64,000 bases of DNA from a virus, in IMG/VR virus record IMGVR_UViG_3300000976_000009, positions 109,151 to 173,150 of that record. One strand, given 5' to 3'. Below, piece by piece: positions 11,046-21,351 of the stretch (position 1 is the stretch's first letter; each line of letters opens with the position of its first letter). Made by a program: the position numbers and the translations under genes. Below the pieces are notes generated by a model that saw nothing but the letters and a program-made list of their open reading frames with translations, made no database searches and had not been told where the DNA came from.

Positions 11046-12497
11046 ATGAAATTACATTTGGGATATATATTAGGGCTATTTGCAATAGCATTAGCAGCAT
11101 CAGCTGGTTACATTTCAGTTGTTGGTTGGGGTAAATTATTTGCTGGCGAATCAACAATAGTTATGGTTGTTATGGGGATTATAGAAGCAGCTAAGGTTAT
11201 AACAACAATTTATCTTCATAGGTATGGTAAAAGAAAACCAAGAGCTGAGGGTGTTAGTCGTTTCAAATATTTTTATAGTGGATTATTATCATTAAAAACT
11301 TATTTGGTTGTAGGTGTGATTTCAACGATGTTTTTAACATCTGTTGGTATCTATGGTTTTTTGACTGGTGCCTATCAAGATACCGCAAATAAGATGGAAT
11401 TACATGATGGTGAGATAACAATACTAGAAGGTAAGAAAGATATTTTTCAAGTTAAAATTGAGGATAATAAAAGTGTTATCCAAACAAAGACTGATAGAAT
11501 AACAACATTATCAGACCTAAGATTACAACAAGAATCTAGGTTGGATTCATTATTAGCTAATAATCATTGGAGTAATGCCAAAAAGACACAGATTCAAATT
11601 GAAGAAGCAAATACTGAAATACAAAAGCTAACAAGTGATATTGACGTTATTGTTATTAATAATTCATCACTACAAGATTCAGTTAGTTCGTACCAAGTTC
11701 AAATTTTGGAATTAAAAGGTGGTTCAGATATTGCAGCTGAGATTGGACCATTGAAATATATATCATCACTTACAGGTCGCCCTATGGATTCCATAATTAA
11801 TTGGTTAGTGTTGGTTATTATATTTATTTTTGACCCAATGGCTATTTCACTAGTATTGGCATCAAATAAAGTATTTGATGAAAATAAACGTAAGGGTGAT
11901 ACACCAGAACCAACAGACCCAGAACCAACAGAACCAAATGATGATATTACTTTTGAAGATGTTGATGATGAACCTATTGAGGTAGCTTCACCAAATATGG
12001 ATTCAGTAGTTGTTGAGGATATATTGGTTTATGAAAATGAAGATATAATTGAACCAGAACCATCTGGAACTACAAATGAGATTATCAATGAGGAAGATTT
12101 AATTGATGGAGTAAGTGAGTCAACAGATTTATTAGATGTTGCTAAGAAACTTGAGGGTAAAGAATTATTTCCAGATAAGAAGGCTAGGGCAATTGATATG
12201 TTAAGTGATATTGAGTTACCTAGTGTAGACGAATTATCACTTCCAGAAGAACAAATTGAGGAAAATAAGGAAAAAATTAAAGAGGCAGCAAATATAATTG
12301 ACCAAATCAAAAATAATACTACTAAAACAACACCAGTTATACCAACAGGTAATGTTAAGAGGGAAGAAATTAAGGAGATTAAAGAGGGTTCTAGGGGTTA
12401 TTCGGTTGATGTTCCAGAACCAAAAAAAGTTGGTACCAATAAAGAGGTTAGAGAAGGTGAACCTAATAAATTCTATTTCCGTAGACCAAATGGGTAA
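11046..12497 (+). CDS. Membrane protein with coiled coil and acidic tail
   Basis: Three N-terminal TM segments, coiled coil, EIGPLKY..IIFIFDP TM segment. Confidence 0.65.
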   Translation: MKLHLGYILGLFAIALAASAGYISVVGWGKLFAGESTIVMVVMGIIEAAKVITTIYLHRYGKRKPRAEGVSRFKYFYSGLLSLKTYLVVGVISTMFLTSVGIYGFLTGAYQDTANKMELHDGEITILEGKKDIFQVKIEDNKSVIQTKTDRITTLSDLRLQQESRLDSLLANNHWSNAKKTQIQIEEANTEIQKLTSDIDVIVINNSSLQDSVSSYQVQILELKGGSDIAAEIGPLKYISSLTGRPMDSIINWLVLVIIFIFDPMAISLVLASNKVFDENKRKGDTPEPTDPEPTEPNDDITFEDVDDEPIEVASPNMDSVVVEDILVYENEDIIEPEPSGTTNEIINEEDLIDGVSESTDLLDVAKKLEGKELFPDKKARAIDMLSDIELPSVDELSLPEEQIEENKEKIKEAANIIDQIKNNTTKTTPVIPTGNVKREEIKEIKEGSRGYSVDVPEPKKVGTNKEVREGEPNKFYFRRPNG

Positions 12498-13110
12498 AAA
12501 ATTATTAATGAAAAACACCCATTTGATTGGGTTACAAAATTTTTATCAAAGTGAATTTATGAAGACTCAGATAATTATTGGTAATACTTTCTCTAATGGT
12601 TTAAATCATGTTACTGGGTGGGAAACTAGGATGAATGGTAAGTATAAAAGTACTGCACCAATAACAATACTAATGGATGGTACAATACACCTACATTTTG
12701 ACCCAAAACATCATTCAGATTTTATGGGGATTGAAAATATTGATAAACATTCTATACCCATCGTATTGGAGAACCTAGGTTGGTTAACTAAGGATTTACA
12801 AAATGATAGGTATCTTACTTGGATTGGTGATATTTATAATGGAGAGAACAAAGTTGTTGAAAAAAGATGGCGAAATCATACATATTGGACCACATACACT
12901 AATGAGCAAGTCGAATCACTAGTTAATGTGTGTGAATACCTTTGTGATAGGTTTGATATACCAAGAGAAACATTTAGTCATAATACTTATGTTGATTCGG
13001 TAGATAAGTTTAGGGGTGTGGTTTATAAAGGTAACTTTAGTAAATTTTATTCAGATGTCAACCCAACATTTATGTTCGATGAATTTAAAAATAAATTAGA
13101 GTTAAAATAG
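12490..13110 (+). CDS. Degenerate N-acetylmuramoyl-L-alanine amidase-like protein
   Basis: Collinear with the amidase domain of 18994..19971 (YT.EQVESL) but the His/Glu catalytic positions are substituted. Confidence 0.55.
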   Translation: MGKKLLMKNTHLIGLQNFYQSEFMKTQIIIGNTFSNGLNHVTGWETRMNGKYKSTAPITILMDGTIHLHFDPKHHSDFMGIENIDKHSIPIVLENLGWLTKDLQNDRYLTWIGDIYNGENKVVEKRWRNHTYWTTYTNEQVESLVNVCEYLCDRFDIPRETFSHNTYVDSVDKFRGVVYKGNFSKFYSDVNPTFMFDEFKNKLELK

Positions 13111-13529
13111 TGAAAATGGAAAATATTAATGAGCATGACATCACAAAAAAGATGTTAAATACAATTAGGGAAAATACAGGTGTTGACCAAAATGGTTCGG
13201 GACAAAATGGTGTAATTGAATTAAGTGGTGAAGAAAGAACTGCCGAAGAGCAAAAATTTAGAGAAATAATTGATGCATCAACACAATTTAACGTCTTTAA
13301 TATATATCCAGATGCAAATAATGTAGTATTTGGTGGTATAATACAAGGGATGGGTGGAATTGAATTCCAAATGACACTTGAAGATTCAAATGGTTTGTAT
13401 ATAACTGGTAGTAATATACAAATCACTGATGAAGTGGCAGATAAAATAAAAAAACTTAAAGGGTTTTATGACAATTGGAAAGCGGAATGGTTCCAAAAGC
13501 TGGCTACTGAATATAAAGGTGGTCAATAA
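13110..13529 (+). CDS. Hypothetical protein
   Basis: ORF track, operonic spacing. Confidence 0.6.
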   Translation: MKMENINEHDITKKMLNTIRENTGVDQNGSGQNGVIELSGEERTAEEQKFREIIDASTQFNVFNIYPDANNVVFGGIIQGMGGIEFQMTLEDSNGLYITGSNIQITDEVADKIKKLKGFYDNWKAEWFQKLATEYKGGQ

Positions 13530-13538
13530 ATAAATATT

Positions 13539-14345
13539 ATGGGAAAAACAGAAGACATAGCAAACGAAGTATCATCGGTTCTTTCAGCTAAGAAGCAAAG
13601 GAATATTTTAATAATAATATTGCTATTATTATTTATTGGATTAGCATTTGGTTTTAATAGGTATTCAAGATTGACCACCCAACTAGCAATATCAGAACAA
13701 AATAAAAAAGCTTTAGCTGATTCGGTAAGGGTATCGGAAAATAAGGTTAAAGATTTAGTTTATTCTAAAAATATTTTAATTGCTGAAAAGGGAAACTTAG
13801 AACAACTTAATGCTGATTTAGCTGCTGAGGTTGAAAAGGAAAAAGGTAAGGTTAGGGAAATTACAAGAATTGTTAGTGAGATTAAATCTGATACAGTATA
13901 TATCACTAATATGCTTATTGAATATGCAGATGGAACAAAAGGGTTATCTTGGGAACATGATTCATTATTTGATACAAATAATGAAAGACACATCGCTGGT
14001 GTTAGTAGGTTTGATATAGATAGTAATGGTGTTGTCTCCCCATTAGAAACCACAATAACTAAGGATGATTTTAAATTCAATATTGTGACTGGTTTAGTTG
14101 AAAGAAATGGTAATGTTGAAATATTTGTTAGGTCGGACTACCCTAACTTTACAGTATCACAATTAGATGGTGCTATTATAGACCCAAAGAAACACCCAGT
14201 TATGAAGAAATTCACCAAACCTAAAAAATGGGGTATTGGTCCTTATGTTGGTGTTGGGATAGGTGTTAATACATGGCCTAATACAAATGTTGGTGTTGGC
14301 TTCCAGTTTGGGGTCGGAGTAACTTACTCACTATTTAGATTTTAA
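13539..14345 (+). CDS. Spanin-like/membrane protein (N-terminal TM, coiled coil, C-terminal amphipathic beta strands ending in F)
   Basis: TM helix, coiled coil, KKWGIGPYVGVG...GVGVTYSLFRF. Confidence 0.45.
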   Translation: MGKTEDIANEVSSVLSAKKQRNILIIILLLLFIGLAFGFNRYSRLTTQLAISEQNKKALADSVRVSENKVKDLVYSKNILIAEKGNLEQLNADLAAEVEKEKGKVREITRIVSEIKSDTVYITNMLIEYADGTKGLSWEHDSLFDTNNERHIAGVSRFDIDSNGVVSPLETTITKDDFKFNIVTGLVERNGNVEIFVRSDYPNFTVSQLDGAIIDPKKHPVMKKFTKPKKWGIGPYVGVGIGVNTWPNTNVGVGFQFGVGVTYSLFRF

Positions 14346-14364
14346 AAACAATTAATATACATTA

Positions 14365-14391
14365 AAAGCCCACAATATTGTGGGCTTTTTT
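14365..14391 (+). terminator. Rho-independent terminator
   Basis: AAAAGCCCACAATATTGTGGGCTTTTT hairpin + U tract. Confidence 0.75.
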
Positions 14392-14423
14392 ATTTATATT
14401 CAATATTTATTAATAAAAGTAAG

Positions 14424-14678
14424 ATGAAAGAGTTCATTAAGAAAAGACTAAACGAAGAATTGACTAAATCAGATGTTAAGGATGAAGTATCAAATATGTT
14501 ACAATCCGATGCATTAAAAGATAAGGTTACTAAAATTCTAAAAGATAAAATCAAGAATGACCCAGAATTGGAGAAATTCATGGTTGACATTAGTAAAAAT
14601 GTTCTTACTCAATTATATAAAACACTTTGGACTAAAAGAGGTTTCTGGCAGTCTAGTTTGAAAAACAAAGGAGCATAA
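14424..14678 (+). CDS. Hypothetical protein
   Basis: ORF preceded by AATATTTAT motif. Confidence 0.6.
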   Translation: MKEFIKKRLNEELTKSDVKDEVSNMLQSDALKDKVTKILKDKIKNDPELEKFMVDISKNVLTQLYKTLWTKRGFWQSSLKNKGA

Positions 14679-16732
14679 TGGGAAAAATTAAATTAACAGA
14701 ATCACAAATAATGATGTTACAATCGTTTGAAAACGCACTACCAAAAAGGAAAGTGGTTAAACTTACTGCTGAACAGTATAAAAGGATATTCGAATCAGAA
14801 AATCCACATGAATTCAATATGGGACCAAAAACATTGAGACCATCAAGCAAAGTTAGTAAGAATTTCACACAAGGAGCTAAGGATGTTCCAGATTCAGACA
14901 TGAAATTTGAAAACCAAATACAAGGTCCAACTGACATCGAGATTTTTGGTACAGAAATTATTAGATTTCTCAAGTCACTATTAACGGACCCAAGTGAAAA
15001 CCGTATAACTAGTTATTGGAGAAAACTTAATGTTTCTAAAGAACAATTAACTAATAGGATGTTTGAGTTGGGTATGATAGGTCATGGAATTATTAATGGT
15101 AAGAGGATTATTAAAATCATGAAGAATAATTTTATAGAAAATATAAAAACACTACATGGTGAATATAGACCACAAACTGAGGGGATAGTTCAAATGGGTG
15201 ATGATATCGAGATGACTGAAATAAGTAATGACGATATTAAAACATCAATGTCGAACCAACTTAAAAGAAAAGAAGGACCTAAACCTTCACAAGACTCGAT
15301 TAAGGCAAAACTTTTAGCTAAAAGAGCTGAGGAAATGAAAAGAAGGGAGGCTGAGAAGAATAGACCTTTAGGTGAAGATAATTATCCAGCTGGTGCTAGA
15401 CATGATTCTAGTGCACCATATAATCAAGTGGACCCAGATAATGCAAGGAAGGCATCTAATATTGAATTTGATTTATTATTGTATTTGGATGAGTTTGCAA
15501 TTTTTGAAAAAAATGGTAAGTATTTTATATTCAATGTTGAAGGTGTTGAACACGATGATTATGCTGAATATGCTGATAGGGAAGAAACATTTAATGGTTA
15601 TGATGAAGACGGTATGCCCGATGTAGATTATGGTGAGTTCGAAATGAGTGATGAGGTTGTTTCAAATTACGTTAATGATAATCACCTTACATTTGGTAAA
15701 GGGTTTGATGATTATGAAAACGGAATTGATATGGTTGAGATTGACCAAGAAATAATTGATGAATTATTATCTGTGGCAAAATACATAAAAGACCCAAAAG
15801 CACAACAAAATTTTGTATCGATACTAACCAACCTTACTGTTAGTGAGGTAACAGCCGCTGCGGGTTCATCTGGGGCGTTTGTGGGGAAAATGGGTATGAA
15901 TGCACCAATTACTGGATTAAGTCCAGCAGATGAGATGAAAAACGTTGTTGGTGAGGTTAATGAAGACCATGAAGATTTAGACCAAAAAATTGGTGCTTTG
16001 AAATATAAAAATTTTCAACACCCAGCATTAGGTGTGTTTTTCTTAAGTAATGTTCATACTAAACATGAGGATGATAACAAAGTTGATATTGTTATTGGTT
16101 TGAGGAAAGATGAAAAAGAATCAGATAGTGAATTGATTTATTCATATAATAAGAAAACTGGTAAAGATGAATTAATCTTTAATCATGGTTCAGAAATGTT
16201 CCGTAATGCTTATGATATGTTTGATGAATTATATAAATTGGTATTTGATGGTATTAAAGACGCACTTAGACCGACCACAGATGTTCAAGAACAAGGCATT
16301 GGTGGTGGTGCTACATATGATACACCAGGTTTTCCAGCATCAGACTTTATGGGTAATAAGGGTAAGAAAGGGAAAGCACCAGTCAATAAAGGTGTAACCC
16401 ACAAGAAAACAATGTACCCAAAAGGTAAAATGGTTAAAGTGACAGAATCCCAAATGGCTTTAATTAAAAAAACAATTGTAGAAAGTAATAACCAAACTGA
16501 TACTGCATATCCAGATGGTGGGTTTGTTAAGATTGATGACTGCACAAAATTTAATAATAATAAAGAAGCTCAAAACGGTGGTTGTAGTACTGGTGCTAAG
16601 GACAATGTGGTTAAGACGAAACAAACGAAAGGTTCAGTTGTTTCAGATGATGCACTATATTCAGAGGTAGCTAAGAAAACTGGTAGAACAATAGCAGAGG
16701 TTAAAAAGATAATTCAAACAAGAAAAGGGTAA
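14678..16732 (+). CDS. Large acidic hypothetical protein (possibly virion-internal)
   Basis: 684 aa, repeated KLTESQ-type motifs. Confidence 0.6.
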   Translation: MGKIKLTESQIMMLQSFENALPKRKVVKLTAEQYKRIFESENPHEFNMGPKTLRPSSKVSKNFTQGAKDVPDSDMKFENQIQGPTDIEIFGTEIIRFLKSLLTDPSENRITSYWRKLNVSKEQLTNRMFELGMIGHGIINGKRIIKIMKNNFIENIKTLHGEYRPQTEGIVQMGDDIEMTEISNDDIKTSMSNQLKRKEGPKPSQDSIKAKLLAKRAEEMKRREAEKNRPLGEDNYPAGARHDSSAPYNQVDPDNARKASNIEFDLLLYLDEFAIFEKNGKYFIFNVEGVEHDDYAEYADREETFNGYDEDGMPDVDYGEFEMSDEVVSNYVNDNHLTFGKGFDDYENGIDMVEIDQEIIDELLSVAKYIKDPKAQQNFVSILTNLTVSEVTAAAGSSGAFVGKMGMNAPITGLSPADEMKNVVGEVNEDHEDLDQKIGALKYKNFQHPALGVFFLSNVHTKHEDDNKVDIVIGLRKDEKESDSELIYSYNKKTGKDELIFNHGSEMFRNAYDMFDELYKLVFDGIKDALRPTTDVQEQGIGGGATYDTPGFPASDFMGNKGKKGKAPVNKGVTHKKTMYPKGKMVKVTESQMALIKKTIVESNNQTDTAYPDGGFVKIDDCTKFNNNKEAQNGGCSTGAKDNVVKTKQTKGSVVSDDALYSEVAKKTGRTIAEVKKIIQTRKG

Positions 16733-16763
16733 TTTTACTCTTAAATGATATATTTATAATATA

Positions 16764-16916
16764 ATGTCCAAACATAATAAGATAGAAGAGTTAAAAGCAC
16801 AATTGAAAGCTGAATTGGAAAAGGTAAAGCCAAATATGCATTTAGTTGGAAAACTAAGAAGGCAAATTATGACATTTGGATTAGGATTAACTGGAAGAGA
16901 TATAAAACCATTTTAA
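16764..16916 (+). CDS. Small hypothetical protein (50 aa, not in ORF track)
   Basis: MSKHNKIEELKAQ...DIKPF*; fills the gap behind an ATATTTATA motif. Confidence 0.5.
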   Translation: MSKHNKIEELKAQLKAELEKVKPNMHLVGKLRRQIMTFGLGLTGRDIKPF

Positions 16917-16917
16917 T

Positions 16918-18504
16918 ATGTACAAAAAATTAATAAACAAACACTTGTCTGGTAGACTTCTAAATGAAGAAGCTAAACATAATGGTCTTGCTACTACTGA
17001 GAAAGTTCAGAAAGAGGATGACAAAGTAAATAAAGCAGCTTATAAAGAAGTTGAAAAAAAAATGAAAGACTATGATGGGTCTTTAACTCAAGAGGATGAG
17101 GGTGCTATTGATGCACCAAAGACCAATATTGAGGGTGAGACAAAAGATTTCCATGATGAAATGGAAATTAGAAATGGACAAGAAATGTTAAAATACGATA
17201 ACGAACCTTCTGATAGTTTCAAAGATAGAGCTGAAATGGCTTTAGCTGGTGATTCAAAGATGGGTAACGACACCAAAGAAGGTGAGTGGAATCCAGAAAC
17301 AGGAGAGGGAAACGGAAACACTGAGGAAGTGTGGGGTTCATCTGGTGGTAAGAACACTGGTGAAGAAATCATAAAGCAAGTAAAAGCTTCTGCTAAAAAA
17401 AGAAACGATGCAGAGTATAACTTAATTCAATTAGGTGATGATATAGAACAATCTGGTACTGATAAGACTAGAGGTAAATCTAGAAAAGTTGCTGTTGAAA
17501 CGAAAATAAATAACAATCAACCGTTAAATGAAACGAAAATGAAAAAGAAAAGATTAAGATTTAAAAAGGCATTTGATGGTCTTGGAAATGCATTACAATT
17601 AATACCAGAAGCGTACAAAGTAGATTCAAAAGAATTCGAAATGACAGATGGTAATGAAACTTACGATATTAGATGGGAAGGTTCACTTACAGAAGGTAAA
17701 GCAGTTGTCGTAAAGGCAGAGGATGCTAACATGGTAAATGAAGATATCCAAAAGATGAAACATCTTATGGGGTATAAATCTCAAGATACACTTGGGACTC
17801 TTAAGGGTGAAGCAAGAATTACAGAGAATAATGATAATTCATTTAGAACAATGCTTGATAAAACTAGGGGTCTTATGACTGAATCAGTTGAAGCTGTTGA
17901 AGAAACTGAAAATATTGAAGGTCAAAAAGCATCAGTTGATAATTCAGTTTGGGACGATGCAGCACCAAAAGGTGATAATCACGCTGACCATATTATGGAA
18001 GATGAAGTAACTGAATCAGAAGATACAGTTGAAGAAACTGAAAATATTGAAGGTCAAAAAGCATCAGTTGTAACTGAGGAAGATGAAGTAACTGAATCAG
18101 AAGATACAGTTGAAGAAACTGAAAAAAAAAAGACTAAATTAATTGAAAACATCGAGAAATTGATGGAAGAGACTGGTTTAACTGAGGAAGAACTTATTGA
18201 GGGTTTCTTTAGTGGACCATCCAAAGAAGAACAATCTAAAAACCAACAAGCATTACAACAACAAATGCAACAAATGGCGGCAGATGCTGAGGCTAAGAAT
18301 TGGAAGGTAGGATATCTTTTTGATAGACAAAATATTAACGGTCCAGAAGAATTAATGAAGATTGCAGCTAAAAATAAGTTTAGAGGTAAAATAATGCCTA
18401 GACCAATAAAAGCTAAAGGTACCTTTTATATTGAATACCAAAAAGGTTTAACTGGTTTACAAAAAATGGCTGGTGGAGCTGGAGCAATGACTAGTGGACA
18501 ATAA
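16918..18504 (+). CDS. Acidic hypothetical protein with internal duplications
   Basis: VEETENIEGQKASV x2 and EDEVTESEDTVEETE x2. Confidence 0.65.
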   Translation: MYKKLINKHLSGRLLNEEAKHNGLATTEKVQKEDDKVNKAAYKEVEKKMKDYDGSLTQEDEGAIDAPKTNIEGETKDFHDEMEIRNGQEMLKYDNEPSDSFKDRAEMALAGDSKMGNDTKEGEWNPETGEGNGNTEEVWGSSGGKNTGEEIIKQVKASAKKRNDAEYNLIQLGDDIEQSGTDKTRGKSRKVAVETKINNNQPLNETKMKKKRLRFKKAFDGLGNALQLIPEAYKVDSKEFEMTDGNETYDIRWEGSLTEGKAVVVKAEDANMVNEDIQKMKHLMGYKSQDTLGTLKGEARITENNDNSFRTMLDKTRGLMTESVEAVEETENIEGQKASVDNSVWDDAAPKGDNHADHIMEDEVTESEDTVEETENIEGQKASVVTEEDEVTESEDTVEETEKKKTKLIENIEKLMEETGLTEEELIEGFFSGPSKEEQSKNQQALQQQMQQMAADAEAKNWKVGYLFDRQNINGPEELMKIAAKNKFRGKIMPRPIKAKGTFYIEYQKGLTGLQKMAGGAGAMTSGQ

Positions 18505-18522
18505 TCCAAAATTATATTAACA

Positions 18523-18550
18523 AAAAAGCAACCCTAGGGTTGCTTTTTTT
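18523..18550. terminator. Bidirectional terminator between convergent genes
   Basis: AAAAAGCAACCCTAGGGTTGCTTTTTTT. Confidence 0.75.
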
Positions 18551-18555
18551 ATTTC

Positions 18556-18954
18556 TTAAATTAAGTCTGGGACTTCATAATTATCATCAATCACTTCATG
18601 TTTCATATGATATGTATCAATATCAACTTTACTTGGAAAGTAAACTCTAATATACATTAATGTATATACACATAGACCTAAGAATAATAATCCAGAGGTA
18701 AAATAAATCCCAATACACCATAAAATAAACCCACCAATTGGTGCCATTGAGACAATATTCTTCTTCCAACCGTATTTGGTTTCATAGTTAATAATAACTT
18801 CAAACCCATTTAGATTACCCTTAATTTCTACACCATCACCTTTAACACCCAAAATAAGTATTGAAACTATATGGGATAACTCGTGAATAACTAGGGCTGG
18901 TATACCCATAAAGATTTTGAACTTTTTTATCATAACAATACAAATATAATACAT
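18556..18954 (-). CDS. Membrane zinc metalloprotease-like protein (HExxH)
   Basis: VIHELSH, SMAP, TM segments, PS..D. Confidence 0.6.
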   Translation of the reverse strand: MYYICIVMIKKFKIFMGIPALVIHELSHIVSILILGVKGDGVEIKGNLNGFEVIINYETKYGWKKNIVSMAPIGGFILWCIGIYFTSGLLFLGLCVYTLMYIRVYFPSKVDIDTYHMKHEVIDDNYEVPDLI

Positions 18955-18993
18955 TAATTATAAAAAAGCAAATATTTATTAAAAAAGAATATT

Positions 18994-19971
18994 ATGTTAT
19001 TAAAAAAAGGAAGCACTAATAAGAAGGCAGTAATGGAATTACAGTCATCTTTAAAAGAAAAAGGTTTTTATCAAGGAATTATAGATGGTGATTTTGGACC
19101 TATGACTGAAAAGGCTGTTAAAGATTTTCAGAAAACAAAAAGAATTAGACAGGATGGTATTGTAGGTAATACTACTTACAAATATCTAGTTGATATGGAT
19201 ACTGATAGAGGTGGTAAAGATAAAGCGGTCCCATCGAACGATAGAGATAATATTATTGATAAGCGTGGTATATATATAACATCTGCTGGACTTAAAATAG
19301 ATATGGCTTATTTAGACTCAGATGAATATGTTAGGGATTATGGTAAACTTAAACCTAAAAATTTATTCATCCACCATACTGCTGGGTGGGATAACCCATA
19401 TAATGTAATAAATTCATGGAACAAAGATAAAAGAGGTCGTGTAGGTACTCAATATGTGATTGGTGGGCAATCAGTTAAAGGTAGAACTAACTATGATGGT
19501 GTTGTTGTTGAATGTTTACCAGATAATTATATCGCTTGGCATTTAGGTAAGGTCGGAAATTTTAATGCATCAAAATATTCAGTAGGTATTGAGCTGAATA
19601 ACTTTGGTTATCTTAATAAAAGGGGTGATAAGTTTTATACTTATGTTGATACTGAGGTTAAACCAGACCAAGTATGTGATTTAGGATATAAGTTTAGGGG
19701 GAAACAATATTGGCATAAATATTCTGATGCACAAATTGAATCGTTAAGATTATTAATACTACATATTCAAGAAATCTACCCAAAAATAGACATTAGTAAG
19801 GGACTTTTAGCGGAATTAGAAGTAAAGACTCCAGCTAAGGCATTTGATTTCAATAAAGATGCTTATAATGGTAAAATATATGGTATGTGGACACACACTA
19901 ATGTAAGAAAAGATAAGTTTGATTGTTTCCCACAACCAGAGTTGATTAATATGCTAAAAACCTTAGTATAA
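18994..19971 (+). CDS. Endolysin: peptidoglycan-binding domain + amidase_2
   Basis: DGDFGPMTEKAVKDFQ..DGIVG..T; FIHHTAG, AWHLG, SVGIEL, THTNVRKDKFDC. Confidence 0.88.
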   Translation: MLLKKGSTNKKAVMELQSSLKEKGFYQGIIDGDFGPMTEKAVKDFQKTKRIRQDGIVGNTTYKYLVDMDTDRGGKDKAVPSNDRDNIIDKRGIYITSAGLKIDMAYLDSDEYVRDYGKLKPKNLFIHHTAGWDNPYNVINSWNKDKRGRVGTQYVIGGQSVKGRTNYDGVVVECLPDNYIAWHLGKVGNFNASKYSVGIELNNFGYLNKRGDKFYTYVDTEVKPDQVCDLGYKFRGKQYWHKYSDAQIESLRLLILHIQEIYPKIDISKGLLAELEVKTPAKAFDFNKDAYNGKIYGMWTHTNVRKDKFDCFPQPELINMLKTLV

Positions 19972-20006
19972 TATTGAATTATAATAATCATGACTTATAT
20001 TAAAGC

Positions 20007-20498
20007 ATGAGTAAGTTAAAAAATACAGAAAAATTTTTGAGTTATATTAGCAACCCATTAACTAGAACAAGTATTGAATTATTATATAATTCTAATTATA
20101 TAATGTTTGAAAAATGTGACCTATATCGTGATTTTGTCTTATCATTATCCGATTTAATATTTACCACCTATATGGGTGACAAAATAACTAAAGAAGAAGA
20201 ACGAATTAACCATTTTAAATGGTGTTGGGACCGAACTGTAAAGAATTTTGAAATGGAAAATATATATTTTGGTGATAATCAAGAACTATATGACTATTTC
20301 ACCAACTTTATGGTTGAAATATTCTATTCAGTAGAGGATAAATCGAATAATGAGAAAATAAATCATAATGTTATCAAATTATGGGAATATATCTTTAATT
20401 ATCGAATAATAAAGACCCGTTCAGATGTAGATACATTCATTGAAGTATATAAAATGTTTGAGAAATCGCTTAAAAACGGTAAAAAACTTGATTTTTAG
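20007..20498 (+). CDS. Hypothetical protein
   Basis: ORF track. Confidence 0.6.
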   Translation: MSKLKNTEKFLSYISNPLTRTSIELLYNSNYIMFEKCDLYRDFVLSLSDLIFTTYMGDKITKEEERINHFKWCWDRTVKNFEMENIYFGDNQELYDYFTNFMVEIFYSVEDKSNNEKINHNVIKLWEYIFNYRIIKTRSDVDTFIEVYKMFEKSLKNGKKLDF

Positions 20499-20537
20499 TA
20501 TTTATTTCTTAGAATACTATAGTATAATTGTTTTATT

Positions 20538-20750
20538 ATGGAAGTACCAACAATATTTAATATTGTCTTAAATGACTTAGTTAACGACCGATTACAACTG
20601 GAACAAGAGTTGGAAAGGTGTTTTAATTTAGATATTGATGTACCAAGTAAGGTAAATAAAATAAAGGTCGCCTTGGAAAACATCGCCAAGAACGATTTAA
20701 TGGTAAGTAAATTACAGAGTTACATACCAATAACAAATGATGAAAAATAG
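20538..20750 (+). CDS. Hypothetical protein
   Basis: ORF track. Confidence 0.55.
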   Translation: MEVPTIFNIVLNDLVNDRLQLEQELERCFNLDIDVPSKVNKIKVALENIAKNDLMVSKLQSYIPITNDEK

Positions 20751-20756
20751 AATAAG

Positions 20757-20930
20757 ATGGAAAAGTTTAACGAATTAAAGGCATTAATTGCTTCAATTGA
20801 AGAAGACACTACTAAGTTTTTTGAAAAAGGTACAAAAGCTGCTGGTGTAAGAGTTAGAAAGGGATTACAAGATATTAAGAAAGTAGCCCAAGAAATGAGA
20901 ATTGAAATCTCCGAGCAAAACAAAAAATAA
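20757..20930 (+). CDS. Histone H1-like Hc1-family small DNA-binding protein (57 aa, not in ORF track)
   Basis: MEKFNELKALIASIEEDTTKFFEKGTKAAGVRVRKGLQDIKKVAQEMR; the KF..KG.KAAG.R.RK motif is typical of Bacteroidota Hc1-like proteins. Confidence 0.8.
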   Translation: MEKFNELKALIASIEEDTTKFFEKGTKAAGVRVRKGLQDIKKVAQEMRIEISEQNKK

Positions 20931-21142
20931 TGGGTTTTGAAATAATTAATAAAATATTGGTGGTGTTGTTTGTATTAGCATGTTTGAATGCATTCAGACA
21001 CGGTTACTATTTCGTACAAGCTTGGGTTAAGTCAAATAATGACATCCCAACAAAATATAGAATGGGTAACACATCACTATTATTTTTAGGATTATCATTA
21101 GCATACATTATTTCCAGTATAATTACTGGTATAACATTATAA
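20930..21142 (+). CDS. Small two-TM membrane protein
   Basis: Two hydrophobic segments. Confidence 0.55.
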   Translation: MGFEIINKILVVLFVLACLNAFRHGYYFVQAWVKSNNDIPTKYRMGNTSLLFLGLSLAYIISSIITGITL

Positions 21143-21158
21143 TAAAATAAGTTTTAAA

Positions 21159-21338
21159 ATGAATCCAGAACAAGCATTACAGATATTAAGAAATGTTTCT
21201 AACCTTTGTGTAGTAAAAGGTGGGATATTCGCATCTGTAGACGAAACCGCTAGTGTAAGTCATGCCCTACAAGTTTTAAAAATGGCAATTGAGCCAAAAA
21301 CAGGTGGTACAGAACAAACTAGTGATTCTAACGATTAA
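21159..21338 (+). CDS. Small hypothetical protein (59 aa, not in ORF track)
   Basis: MNPEQALQILRNVSNL...DSND*; fills the gap. Confidence 0.5.
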   Translation: MNPEQALQILRNVSNLCVVKGGIFASVDETASVSHALQVLKMAIEPKTGGTEQTSDSND

Positions 21339-21351
21339 AAAAGTTTTTAAT

